Source: Deltaproteobacteria bacterium
GTDB taxonomy: Bacteria; Desulfobacterota; Dissulfuribacteria; Dissulfuribacterales; QOAL01
DNA: 64,000 bases
Reading direction: 5' to 3'
Assembly (NCBI GenBank): GCA_026995935.1
Contig: JALWNK010000018.1
Coordinates: 1,245 to 65,244 of the forward strand
This document shows positions 18,144 through 26,201 of the stretch, one piece after another. Both the position numbers and the translations under genes were made by a program. Positions within the stretch are counted from its first letter, which is position 1; each line of letters begins with the position of its first letter. Below the pieces are notes generated by a model. It saw only the letters and a list, made by a program, of their open reading frames with translations, was not told the DNA's origin and did no database searches.

Positions 18144-18347
18144 GTTCTTTCTTTTGCTCGTCCAAAAGAAAGAACCAAAGAAAACGACGCCCCGATGCCG
18201 CTTGTTTCCTGCGCGTGGAAGCACCAGGCCCTGGCGGGCTGAAAGGGCCATCCTGGCCGTCAGCCCGTGGCGGCGTCCATGCCGCCACCCCTTCGGGGCC
18301 TGACCGGGCCTGTCACTTCCATGCTCGGCGCGGTATAAGGGGGAAAA
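18144..18347 (-). repeat. structured GC-rich repeat family 1, copy A (full length, sense on minus strand)
   Basis: Aligns end-to-end with the reverse complement of 19747-19960. Terminal hairpin GTTCTTTCTTTTG-N6-CAAAAGAAAGAAC at 18144-18175; inner hairpin GTGGCGGC/GCCGCCAC at 18267-18288; long-range stem 18216-18231 / 18306-18321. Confidence 0.8.
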
Positions 18348-18638
18348 GTACGTCCTGCAAAGGGGCTACTGCATAAAAAACATGATTCAAGCAGGTTGCT
18401 CCCTCCAAATCCGGTGAATGTCCAAAAAAGACACCCAAACATTAGGACGTTAATATGCTTTCCCTATGGTACGCGGTTTGGATACGAGGCCTCGATCTTG
18501 TAATCGGAAGAGATTGGGAGTTTTTAGATACTGTCGAACTTTTTATCACTCAAAGAAGATGGAAATCATGACGCGAGGTTCTGAGGGGTTGGTAAAAAAT
18601 GGATTCTTCTCCCTAAATGTTGGCTGCCGGCATAAGGC

Positions 18639-19067
18639 TTATCGGACTATAGGAGTAAGCTGGTCATCGGAAATTGTCCATTTGTCGTTTGGCGGAACTT
18701 TAAAATAATCCGTACCCGACCCCAGACCGTCACAGGTTTCAATGCGAACGTCATAAAAACCCTGCGCTACATAGACTGTAATTGTCTTTCCGGAAAGAAG
18801 TTTCCGGGTATGAAACAGGGATTCCTGCAAAAGATTTTTCGTGGGAAGATGAAAGGAGCCCGAGATGGGGAACCACACACCGCAGATGTCATGGCTGCTC
18901 TTGTTGATGATGGCGACCGGTTGGGTCGGTTCGCCGGAATCCTTCTCTCCAAGCCAGAAAAGAAAGAGATACAGTACAATAAACAGTACAAATAAACCTA
19001 AAGTAACTCGAAAAAATTTCACAAATAACACAAAAATAAATCGAAAGATACTCTCTATGATATTCAT
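18639..19067 (-). CDS. hypothetical membrane-anchored protein
   Basis: 142-aa ORF with one strongly hydrophobic N-terminal segment (FIFVLFVKFF...LFIVLYLFLFWL) and a small soluble domain. No family recognised. Confidence 0.4.
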   Translation of the reverse strand: MNIIESIFRFIFVLFVKFFRVTLGLFVLFIVLYLFLFWLGEKDSGEPTQPVAIINKSSHDICGVWFPISGSFHLPTKNLLQESLFHTRKLLSGKTITVYVAQGFYDVRIETCDGLGSGTDYFKVPPNDKWTISDDQLTPIVR

Positions 19068-19114
19068 AAACCCTCCTTGCGTATACTTTGTCTATCCCGA
19101 TGGTGATGAAAGAG

Positions 19115-19318
19115 TTACTTATGAATGAGCATGCCGATCCAGCCCATGACCATGCCTACAAGCGACGGCACCACCTGAACGATGGACCGAACATTCTCAG
19201 GCTTGACCTCCAGGATCAGATAAACAGCGTTGGTAACGACTAAAATGAAACCCAACGCTATCAGAATGAGGTCAAGATTTCTACGCACCATGCTCAAGCC
19301 TCCAGATTGTTCAGGCAA
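19115..19318 (-). CDS. hypothetical small two-TM membrane protein
   Basis: 67-aa ORF with two hydrophobic helices (LILIALGFILVVTNAVYLIL and VVPSLVGMVMGWIGMLI). Confidence 0.35.
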   Translation of the reverse strand: MPEQSGGLSMVRRNLDLILIALGFILVVTNAVYLILEVKPENVRSIVQVVPSLVGMVMGWIGMLIHK

Positions 19319-19386
19319 TTCATGTACCCGGCATTTCTGCGCGCAGATTCACCTGCCAGATGTACAAAATTAGAAATCTCTTATCC

Positions 19387-19680
19387 CTATTCTCCCAAAA
19401 ACAGGTGACTGTTACTCACTAGGACTTTGCGGAGAAGAGGACCAGCCCCTGCTTCATACGATAAAGCTACTAGCATTTTTTCGTCATATTTAAGGAAATG
19501 GCGCAGGATGATCGGAATACTGATGATATATTGGAGGTGAGAGACAGGATACAAGATTTCTTCCTTCAATTGTATGCCGAACCAGGCAACTATTTTGTTA
19601 TAGCATGAGGGGTAGAACCATCGCCCTCTGCATGAAAAGGCTGAAGGATATTCATGGCGGCAGTCCGAAAAAGGTCTCAT
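19387..19680 (-). pseudogene. IS91/ISCR-family (Y2) transposase N-terminal fragment
   Basis: CRHEYPSAFSCRGRWFYPSCYNK...VSHLQYIISIPIILRHFLKYD matches the zinc-binding/N-terminal region of IS91-family transposases (pattern C-x-H-x5-FSCK-x-R-x-CPSC ... SIP-x-x-LR). The catalytic domain is absent. Confidence 0.65.
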
Positions 19681-19746
19681 AAGTAGTTTCCCTGGGAATT
19701 TTTGAGAAGTGGTAAGAATTTTTTTTGGGGTTGCGTAATGAGGATG

Positions 19747-19960
19747 TTTTTAATCCCCCTTTTGCCGCGCCGAGCACGAAAGTCTTGGAGCCCAAAAAGG
19801 CCCCGAAGGGGTGGCGGGATGGATACCGCCACCGCCCATTGGGCCATGGATGGCCCCTTTGGGCGGCCGGGCTCCAAGACTTTCGCGCACAGGAATCAAG
19901 CGGCAACGGGGCGCCCTTTTCTTTGGTTCGTTTCTTTTGGGCGAACAAAAGAAATGAACA
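19747..19960 (+). repeat. structured GC-rich repeat family 1, copy B (full length)
   Basis: Perfect 17-bp long-range stem 19777-19793 / 19869-19885. Nested hairpins 19810-19833 and 19841-19856. Terminal hairpin 19926-19959. Confidence 0.8.
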
Positions 19961-20191
19961 TTACTTGATCTTTACGGTTCCAAACAGTTCGGACAATGCT
20001 CATTCCCACAGTGATGACTGGCAAAGGACCATCTATATAGATACCTTGGGTTTCGGAGCCACATATCTCCTACAACAGAAGAAGGCCTTTATGGAATCAG
20101 GGAAAAATGTGTCAAAGATTCTTTTGATTGGTATGATCATGTCAAAGGTGCTATGAATAAGTAAGTGAATCCTAAATTAATGGAGGTGGAT

Positions 20192-20968
20192 ATGCATAAA
20201 AAGCATACTTTTTTATTGGCATTTCTCTTTTCTTTATTTCTTATAAATCCAATAGCTTATGCCTCAAATCCTGGCTCGGCCAAGGACTCTTTGATAAAGA
20301 TGGCCAACAAAATAGCCAGTTTTAAGAGTTTTTCTGTCACACTCAGAATGGGATATGATGTTTTGCAAGATAACGGCGAAAAGATAGAATTTAACGAGAT
20401 AAGAAACTTTAAGTTAAAAAGACCGTCATTTATAAGCGTGTCTGCAACAAGAAGTGATGGAGAACAGGTAGGTCTGCTCTATAATGGCGAAGTCATGACT
20501 CAGTTTAATTTGAACGAAAAGGTCTATGCCCAGCTTGAGAAGAAAATGGATCTGGATAACTTTATTCACTATGCAGTATCAACCTTAAAGATAAGGATCC
20601 CCCTTGCCCGAATGCTAACCTCCACCTTTCCTTCGGATTTAAAGAGGCTTTGCAAAGAAGCTTATTTTATTGAAAAAGATGTAGTGGTAGCAGATGTGCC
20701 AACTGCCCATTATGCAGGTCGCACAGAGGATGTGGATTTTCAGGTCTGGATAGCAGATGATAACCTGCCCAGGCGCCTGATTATTACATACAAAAAGGAA
20801 GAGGGGCAGCCGCAATTTTGGGCAGATTTCAAGAAATGGGATATTAATCCCAGGTTTTCCAGAGAAGATTTTGTTTTTGAGCCTAAAAAAGGAATGGAAA
20901 AGATTCCTATTTTGATTCCTGTTAAGAATGAAGGCAAAAGGATGGAGGAAAAAGATCATGTTAAATAA
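20192..20968 (+). CDS. DUF2092-like (LolA-fold) periplasmic protein
   Basis: Signal peptide MHKKHTFLLAFLFSLFLINPIAYA follows RBS GGAGGTGG (ORF track start 20165). Block FKLKRPSFISVSATRSDGEQVGLLYNGEVMT...KVYAQL...IPLARMLTS fits the DUF2092 pattern from memory. Confidence 0.6.
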   Translation: MHKKHTFLLAFLFSLFLINPIAYASNPGSAKDSLIKMANKIASFKSFSVTLRMGYDVLQDNGEKIEFNEIRNFKLKRPSFISVSATRSDGEQVGLLYNGEVMTQFNLNEKVYAQLEKKMDLDNFIHYAVSTLKIRIPLARMLTSTFPSDLKRLCKEAYFIEKDVVVADVPTAHYAGRTEDVDFQVWIADDNLPRRLIITYKKEEGQPQFWADFKKWDINPRFSREDFVFEPKKGMEKIPILIPVKNEGKRMEEKDHVK

Positions 20969-21809
20969 GACTGGTCTGATATTTTTGACAGTTGTGGCCT
21001 TTTTGGCTGTTTCTATTATGGATTTCTCTTATGGAAGAAGACTGGGAAGAGGAGGACGAAGTTTTTCAAGGTCCGGTGTTGCAAGCAGAGGCGGTTTTTC
21101 AGGAAGGCAAATTCAACGCCCTCAAAGACAATACAGGGCCCCTGTAAATAGACAAGTCCGTGTTGCCCCTAGGAGCCAAGGAAGGCCAGTTGCTCAAAGG
21201 CCCCGAAACTATCAACATTCACAAAATATTCAAGGTCAGAATAGGGCTCAGAGAGGCTCAAACAGAATGGTCACAGGCTCACAAAATAGAGTCAGTCCTG
21301 AAAAGAGGCAACAAGTAGCACAAAATAAAAAAAGTAGAGTCCAAGACAGGATGGCACAAAATAAAGGGAACCTTGAAGACAGGCAGGAATGGAGGGATAA
21401 GAACCGGGAGGACATTCAAAAGGAGATAAGAGAACGGCAGGAAAAAAGACAGGATTTCATAAAGGACAGACAGGAAGACAGACAAGACTTTATTGAAGAT
21501 ATCCATGATGACCACCATGACTGGGATGATCATTGGGATGGTGATGGTGGAGAGTTTGCAGCAGGAGTTATTGTCGGTGGCGTAGTGGTGGGCGCAGCGG
21601 CAGCAGCGGCAAATGCCGATGACGAATATGATCAGCCACAAGTGGTTCATAATAACACTACCACCTATGTTACCACCCTGCCATGCCAGCCAAGAGAAGT
21701 GAAAGTAAAGGGCGTGACCTATTTCAATTGCGGCAATGAGTGGTATCAAAGAAGCTATGCAGGAAGCCAGGTCACCTTCATACCTGTAAGCCCGCCGCCC
21801 GGGTATTAG
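20958..21809 (+). CDS. hypothetical membrane-anchored low-complexity protein (R/Q/N-rich, then D/E/R/Q-rich, Gly/Ala TM-like segment, Cys-containing C-terminal module)
   Basis: ATG at 20958 follows GGAGG (ORF track start 20928). N-terminal TM LIFLTVVAFLAVSIM. C-terminus CQPREVKVKGVTYFNCGNEWYQRSYAGSQVTFIPVSPPPGY. Confidence 0.55.
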   Translation: MLNKTGLIFLTVVAFLAVSIMDFSYGRRLGRGGRSFSRSGVASRGGFSGRQIQRPQRQYRAPVNRQVRVAPRSQGRPVAQRPRNYQHSQNIQGQNRAQRGSNRMVTGSQNRVSPEKRQQVAQNKKSRVQDRMAQNKGNLEDRQEWRDKNREDIQKEIRERQEKRQDFIKDRQEDRQDFIEDIHDDHHDWDDHWDGDGGEFAAGVIVGGVVVGAAAAAANADDEYDQPQVVHNNTTTYVTTLPCQPREVKVKGVTYFNCGNEWYQRSYAGSQVTFIPVSPPPGY

Positions 21810-21873
21810 GGATAGCATGCCGGCTAGGTATTATCTGCTGTCAAGTGCAAACCTTTATTGGGGGGGCGCCATA

Positions 21874-21948
21874 CGCGCAGGAGTCAAGCGGCAACGGGGC
21901 GCCCTTTTCTTTGGTTCGTTTCTTTTGGGCGAACAAAAGAAATGAACA
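21874..21948 (+). repeat. structured repeat family 1, copy C (3' 75 nt only)
   Basis: 66-nt core TCAAGCGGCAACGGGGCGCCCTTTTCTTTGGTTCGTTTCTTTTGGGCGAACAAAAGAAATGAACA is identical to 19895-19960. It abuts the tatC stop codon (21950-21952). Confidence 0.85.
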
Positions 21949-21949
21949 C

Positions 21950-22666
21950 CTACTTGTTTGTGAAGCCAGATGACAAAAACGCCCCTATTTCATAGATGAT
22001 CACAAAGGGCAGGAAGATGAGAAGCTGTGAAAAGATATCAGAGGGCACAAGTACTGCTGCCACAAGAAAAAGCACAATGTAGGCGGCCTTTCGGTGTTTC
22101 TTGAAATAGTTCCTTGGAACCAGCCCAACCCTTGCAGCCCCAGCCATGACAAAGGGCATCTCAAAGATGAGGCCAAATAGAAATATGGCCTTGAGAGTAA
22201 AGACAAGGTAGTTTTGCAGCCTGGGTAAGGCCTGGAGGTTTGTGGAGGCATAGCCAAGGCTTAGAGATAATATCACTGGCAAAATGACCCAGTAGCCAAA
22301 AACCGCCCCGAAAACAAAGAGAATGCCTCCTGTCAAAATGAGCCTTCTTAAGGAGCGTTTTTCATTCTCATAAAGGGCTGGAAGCAGGAAACGCCAGGCC
22401 TGATAGACAAAAAATGGAGCTGTCACCACCACTGCCGCCCAGAAGGCCACCTTGAGGTGCGCCATGAAGCCTTCCAGAAGGGCAGTAAAGACCATTGTGC
22501 TTCCAGAAGGAAGGCTTTGCTTTACAGGCTGAAAAAGAAAGGAGATTAGAAAGTCAGAGACCGCGTAGGCAAGACCAAAGGAGATACAAAATACAATGAC
22601 ACTCTTTATGAGCCTTTTTCTAAGCTCAGCAAGGTGGTCCTGGAGGGTGTAGGCCTCATTCACCAT
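21950..22666 (-). CDS. tatC: twin-arginine translocase subunit TatC
   Basis: 238 aa, six hydrophobic segments, N-terminal HLAELRKRLIKS typical of TatC, adjacent to a tatA/B-type gene. Confidence 0.9.
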   Translation of the reverse strand: MVNEAYTLQDHLAELRKRLIKSVIVFCISFGLAYAVSDFLISFLFQPVKQSLPSGSTMVFTALLEGFMAHLKVAFWAAVVVTAPFFVYQAWRFLLPALYENEKRSLRRLILTGGILFVFGAVFGYWVILPVILSLSLGYASTNLQALPRLQNYLVFTLKAIFLFGLIFEMPFVMAGAARVGLVPRNYFKKHRKAAYIVLFLVAAVLVPSDIFSQLLIFLPFVIIYEIGAFLSSGFTNK

Positions 22667-23081
22667 TGGATTTGTTGTCTTTTAAAGACTCTGATTCTTG
22701 CCCACTGGACAGCTGCTTCTTCCCTCTTCCCTTTGCCTCTTGCCAGTCAGGCCCAAGACCTCCAAGGGTATTGCCAGCCTCTTTTCCCGTCGTGGCTTCT
22801 CGTTCTTCTTTTTTTGAATCAGATGAAAGAAAATCCGGCTGCGTAAGGTCCTTTCTCAGCCTGTTGATGTCTTCTCCAAGGAGGTTGTCTAGCTTGACCG
22901 GGTTTTTTATGTCATCAAGCCTGTCGAGCTCGAGTTCCTGCTTGAACTCGTCCGTTGCCTTCTTAAGGTCGTTCATGAATCTTGCCACCTGTTTTGCAAC
23001 CACAGGAAGTTTTTCTGGCCCAAGGACTATGAGCGCAAGAACCAGTATGACAATAAGTTCTGGAAGTCCGATTCCAAACAT
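22656..23081 (-). CDS. tatB: twin-arginine translocase TatA/TatB-family protein (length favours TatB)
   Basis: N-terminus MFGIGLPELIVILVLALIVLGPEKLP, an amphipathic helix, and a long charged tail (141 aa). Confidence 0.8.
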   Translation of the reverse strand: MFGIGLPELIVILVLALIVLGPEKLPVVAKQVARFMNDLKKATDEFKQELELDRLDDIKNPVKLDNLLGEDINRLRKDLTQPDFLSSDSKKEEREATTGKEAGNTLGGLGPDWQEAKGRGKKQLSSGQESESLKDNKSNGE

Positions 23082-23091
23082 GGCCTTTTTC

Positions 23092-24261
23092 TTACCCTTT
23101 TAAAAGTATCCTTCTGTTAAGTTTCCCCAAAAGGCAAAGAAGTTCATAGCTTATGGTTGAGGCCTTCTGTGCCAGTTCAACAGCGCTTACCATCTCCTGG
23201 CCCTGTTCCCCCATGAGAACTACCTCGTCTCCAACCCTGCAATCAGGGATTTTTGTTACGTCAACCACGATGGTCTTCATACAGACGTTTCCAAGGACCG
23301 GACATCTCCTGCCTTTTACTAAGACCTCAGCACTATTTGAAAGCTTTCTCATGTAGCCGTTGTCATAGCCCACAGGGACAAGTGCCGCCCTGATGGGGCC
23401 TTTTGCCCTGAAGGTATGACCATAACTTATGCAGGCACCCTTTGGCAAATCCTTGATGTGCACGATTTGGCTTGAAAAGGACATTGCTTGTCTGAGCCCT
23501 GGATATTGCCTTGCCTCTCCATTTCTTGAAAGGGCGCCGTAGATTGCGATTCCAGGCCTTACAAGGTTAAAGTGGCTCTCCTTGTTGAACATTATGGCAG
23601 CAGAGTTTGCCATGTGGATGAATCTTGGGTGCCAGCCGGAAAGTTTCACCTGGTGGATTACATCTTTGAAAAGCCGAAGCTGCCTTTCATTGGCAGCATG
23701 ATCCTGTTCATCTGCGCAGGCAAAATGGGAGTAGATGCCTTCAAACTCTAGGTGGCTGAAACGCGCTCTTTCTTTAGCCGTCCAGTAAATCTCATCTGGC
23801 TTCATGCCGAACCTTGACATGCCCGTATCCACCTTTAGATGCACCTTGACCCTTTTGCCATGTGTTTGTGCTCTGCTTTCAAGTTCCTCAAGTTCATCAA
23901 GGGATACGACCCCTAAAGTCAGGTCAAATTCAAGCACCTTTTCAGCCTCTTCCCCAAGAAGGCCAGAAAGCATGAAAAGGGTGGCTTCTATGCCGCTGCG
24001 CCTCAAAATGGCCGCCTCTTCCATTTCATATATGCCAAAACCCCATGTGGACATGTTTTCAAAAAGGAGGGCCGTTTCAAGGATGCCGTGTCCGTAGGCG
24101 TCAGATTTTATTACAGGCATAACCTGGCAGTCCAGGTCCACCTTTCCCTTAATGAGGTTCAGGTTGTGGGTAAGGGCGCTTCCGCTTACCTGGATCACGC
24201 TCTTTTCGCTTTCAAAAAAGGACATGTTTACCCTATAAAAAGATTTGGACTCCTGTTCCAA
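23092..24261 (-). CDS. alr: alanine racemase
   Basis: 389 aa. PLP-lysine motif VIKSDAYGHG and C-terminal beta-domain block VGYDNGYMR. Confidence 0.9.
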   Translation of the reverse strand: MEQESKSFYRVNMSFFESEKSVIQVSGSALTHNLNLIKGKVDLDCQVMPVIKSDAYGHGILETALLFENMSTWGFGIYEMEEAAILRRSGIEATLFMLSGLLGEEAEKVLEFDLTLGVVSLDELEELESRAQTHGKRVKVHLKVDTGMSRFGMKPDEIYWTAKERARFSHLEFEGIYSHFACADEQDHAANERQLRLFKDVIHQVKLSGWHPRFIHMANSAAIMFNKESHFNLVRPGIAIYGALSRNGEARQYPGLRQAMSFSSQIVHIKDLPKGACISYGHTFRAKGPIRAALVPVGYDNGYMRKLSNSAEVLVKGRRCPVLGNVCMKTIVVDVTKIPDCRVGDEVVLMGEQGQEMVSAVELAQKASTISYELLCLLGKLNRRILLKG

Positions 24262-24322
24262 TAGACAAAGGTAGCACTTTTATGTAAGTTTTTTAAAAGT
24301 TTTTCCAGCTTACTAGGAACAG

Positions 24323-25246
24323 GTGAACTCCATGTTTTCTTTACCCTGTTGGTCTTTTAAAGATAGTCCTTCAAACGGGCATATAGCAAGGATCATTGCG
24401 CTTTTTTTACTCTTTTTGGCCCCTTTTGCGGGAATTTCCTTTCTTTCAGGTTGCGCCCAGGTTCCAGTAACAGGCAGAAGCCAGCTCAACCTTGTTCCAG
24501 ACTCCCAGCTCCTAGCCATGAGCGAACAGGAGTACAGGAAATTTCTCAGAAAACACAGGCTCTGCCAGGACCGGGCCAAGGTCGCCATGGTAAAGAGGGT
24601 TGGTCGGCGCATAAGCCAGGCAGTGGAAAGATTCCTTTACGAAAACGGACAGATCGACAGGATTCGTGGTTACAAGTGGGAGTTCAACCTGGTTTGCGGA
24701 AAGGAGATAAACGCCTTTTGCATGCCAGGGGGAAAGGTGGTTGTATATTCCGGGCTTTTGCCTGTTGCAAGGGACGAAAATGGTCTTGCAGTGGTTCTTG
24801 GCCATGAGATAGCACATGCAGTTGCAAATCACGCTGCAGAAAGGCTCAGCCAGGCACTTTTGCTTCAGCTTGGAGGCGACGCCCTTTCCATGCTCACAGG
24901 GAGCTACAGCCCGGCAACAAGGCATCTTTTGATGCAGCTATACGGTCTTGGTGCAAACGTGGGGGTGCTTCTTCCCTACAGCAGGACCCAGGAATACGAG
25001 GCAGACCACCTAGGGCTAATTTTTATGGCTATTGCAGGCTATGACCCAAGGGGGGCCCTGGACTTCTGGAAGAGGATGATGGCTGCTGCCAGGAACAAGC
25101 CCAGGCCGCCTGAGCTTTTGAGCACCCATCCTTCAGACAGGGCAAGGCTTGAAAGGATTGTCCAGTACCTGCCAGAGGCCTTGAGTTACTACAGGCGCTA
25201 CTTGCAGGAACATGGTATGAAAAAGAGACCTGTAAGAAGATTTTGA
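24323..25246 (+). CDS. M48-family zinc metallopeptidase lipoprotein
   Basis: HEIAHAV zinc motif, downstream E-Y-E-A-D-H-L-G block, and lipobox LSGC. Confidence 0.85.
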   Translation: MNSMFSLPCWSFKDSPSNGHIARIIALFLLFLAPFAGISFLSGCAQVPVTGRSQLNLVPDSQLLAMSEQEYRKFLRKHRLCQDRAKVAMVKRVGRRISQAVERFLYENGQIDRIRGYKWEFNLVCGKEINAFCMPGGKVVVYSGLLPVARDENGLAVVLGHEIAHAVANHAAERLSQALLLQLGGDALSMLTGSYSPATRHLLMQLYGLGANVGVLLPYSRTQEYEADHLGLIFMAIAGYDPRGALDFWKRMMAAARNKPRPPELLSTHPSDRARLERIVQYLPEALSYYRRYLQEHGMKKRPVRRF

Positions 25247-25262
25247 AAGGAGCAAGGATTAA

Positions 25263-26201
25263 ATGTCAATACAGGGAAGGAAACTAACAATTGTTGGGGC
25301 AGGAGCTGTTGGCACATCTGCTGCCCACTGGGCAGTGGCAAGAAACGTTGCACAGGAAATCGTACTGGTTGACGTAGTAGAAGGAATTCCCCAGGGCAAG
25401 GCCCTTGATATGAGCCAGAGTGCCCCACTTTGCGGCTTTAATGGAAAAGTTGTGGGCACATGTGACTATGAAGACACCAGGGATTCAGACGTTGTGATAA
25501 TAACGGCTGGGCTTGCCAGAAAGCCAGGCATGAGCCGCGAGGACCTTCTTTCAAAAAATGTCCAGATAGTCAAGCAGGTAACAGAAAACATTGTTGCCCA
25601 AAGCCCAAATGCAGTGATAGTGGTGGTGACAAACCCCATAGATGCCATGGTTTACACTGTGTTCAAGGTGTCTGGCTTTCCGAAGAACCAGGTGGTGGGC
25701 ATGGCAGGGGTTCTTGATTCTGCCCGCTACAGGACTTTTCTTGCCCAGGCCCTGGGTGTTGCCCCAAAGGACGTGACAGCCCTTGTCATGGGAATTCACG
25801 GGGATAACATGCTTCCCCTTACAAGACTTGCAAGTGTTGCCGGGGTTCCCGTTGAGGAGCTCCTTTCGAAGCAGGAGCTTGAAAAGATTGTAAAACGCAC
25901 CCAGACTGGCGGGGGCGAGATCGTCCAGCATCTCAAGACAGGAAGCGCCTTTACAACGCCTGGCCTTTGCGCCATAGAGATGGCCCAGGCGGTCCTTTGG
26001 GATGAAAAGCGGGTGCTTCCCTGCGCAGCGTATCTTGAGGGAGAGTTTGGAATAAGTGGTGTTTTTCTGGGCGTTCCAGTGGTGCTCGGAAGATCAGGAG
26101 TTGAAAGGATCGTTGAGTTTGCCCTTATGGATGAAGAACGCGCAGCCCTTGAAAAATCAGTGGAGGCAGTAAAGCGTCAGGTTGCAGCAACCGGTCTTTG
26201 A
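25263..26201 (+). CDS. mdh: malate dehydrogenase (LDH-like family)
   Basis: 312 aa. Motifs GAGAVGTSAA, ITAGLARKPGMSREDLL and GIHGDNMLP. Confidence 0.9.
   Translation: MSIQGRKLTIVGAGAVGTSAAHWAVARNVAQEIVLVDVVEGIPQGKALDMSQSAPLCGFNGKVVGTCDYEDTRDSDVVIITAGLARKPGMSREDLLSKNVQIVKQVTENIVAQSPNAVIVVVTNPIDAMVYTVFKVSGFPKNQVVGMAGVLDSARYRTFLAQALGVAPKDVTALVMGIHGDNMLPLTRLASVAGVPVEELLSKQELEKIVKRTQTGGGEIVQHLKTGSAFTTPGLCAIEMAQAVLWDEKRVLPCAAYLEGEFGISGVFLGVPVVLGRSGVERIVEFALMDEERAALEKSVEAVKRQVAATGL

Noticed and set aside
19702-20156. ORFs 19702-19968 and 19725-20156 (and 21740-21973) with shared C-terminal peptide GNGAPFSLVRFFWANKRNEH
   Set aside because: They are translations of the family-1 structured repeat, which is an identical 66-nt core. 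They lack RBS and start context, and the shared peptide is explained by nucleotide repetition.
21279-21818. 179-aa minus-strand ORF antisense to the low-complexity gene
   Set aside because: It is generated by the biased repetitive composition of the sense gene. The sense ORF has an RBS, a TM anchor and translational coupling to the upstream gene.
22666-23103. 145-aa plus-strand ORF antisense to tatB (and similar antisense ORFs at 8356-8835, 29107-29664, 29858-30352, 35398-35922, 28571-29041)
   Set aside because: All of them overlap genes with clear family signatures on the other strand, and their translations are low-complexity (Ser/Pro/Arg-rich) with no motifs.
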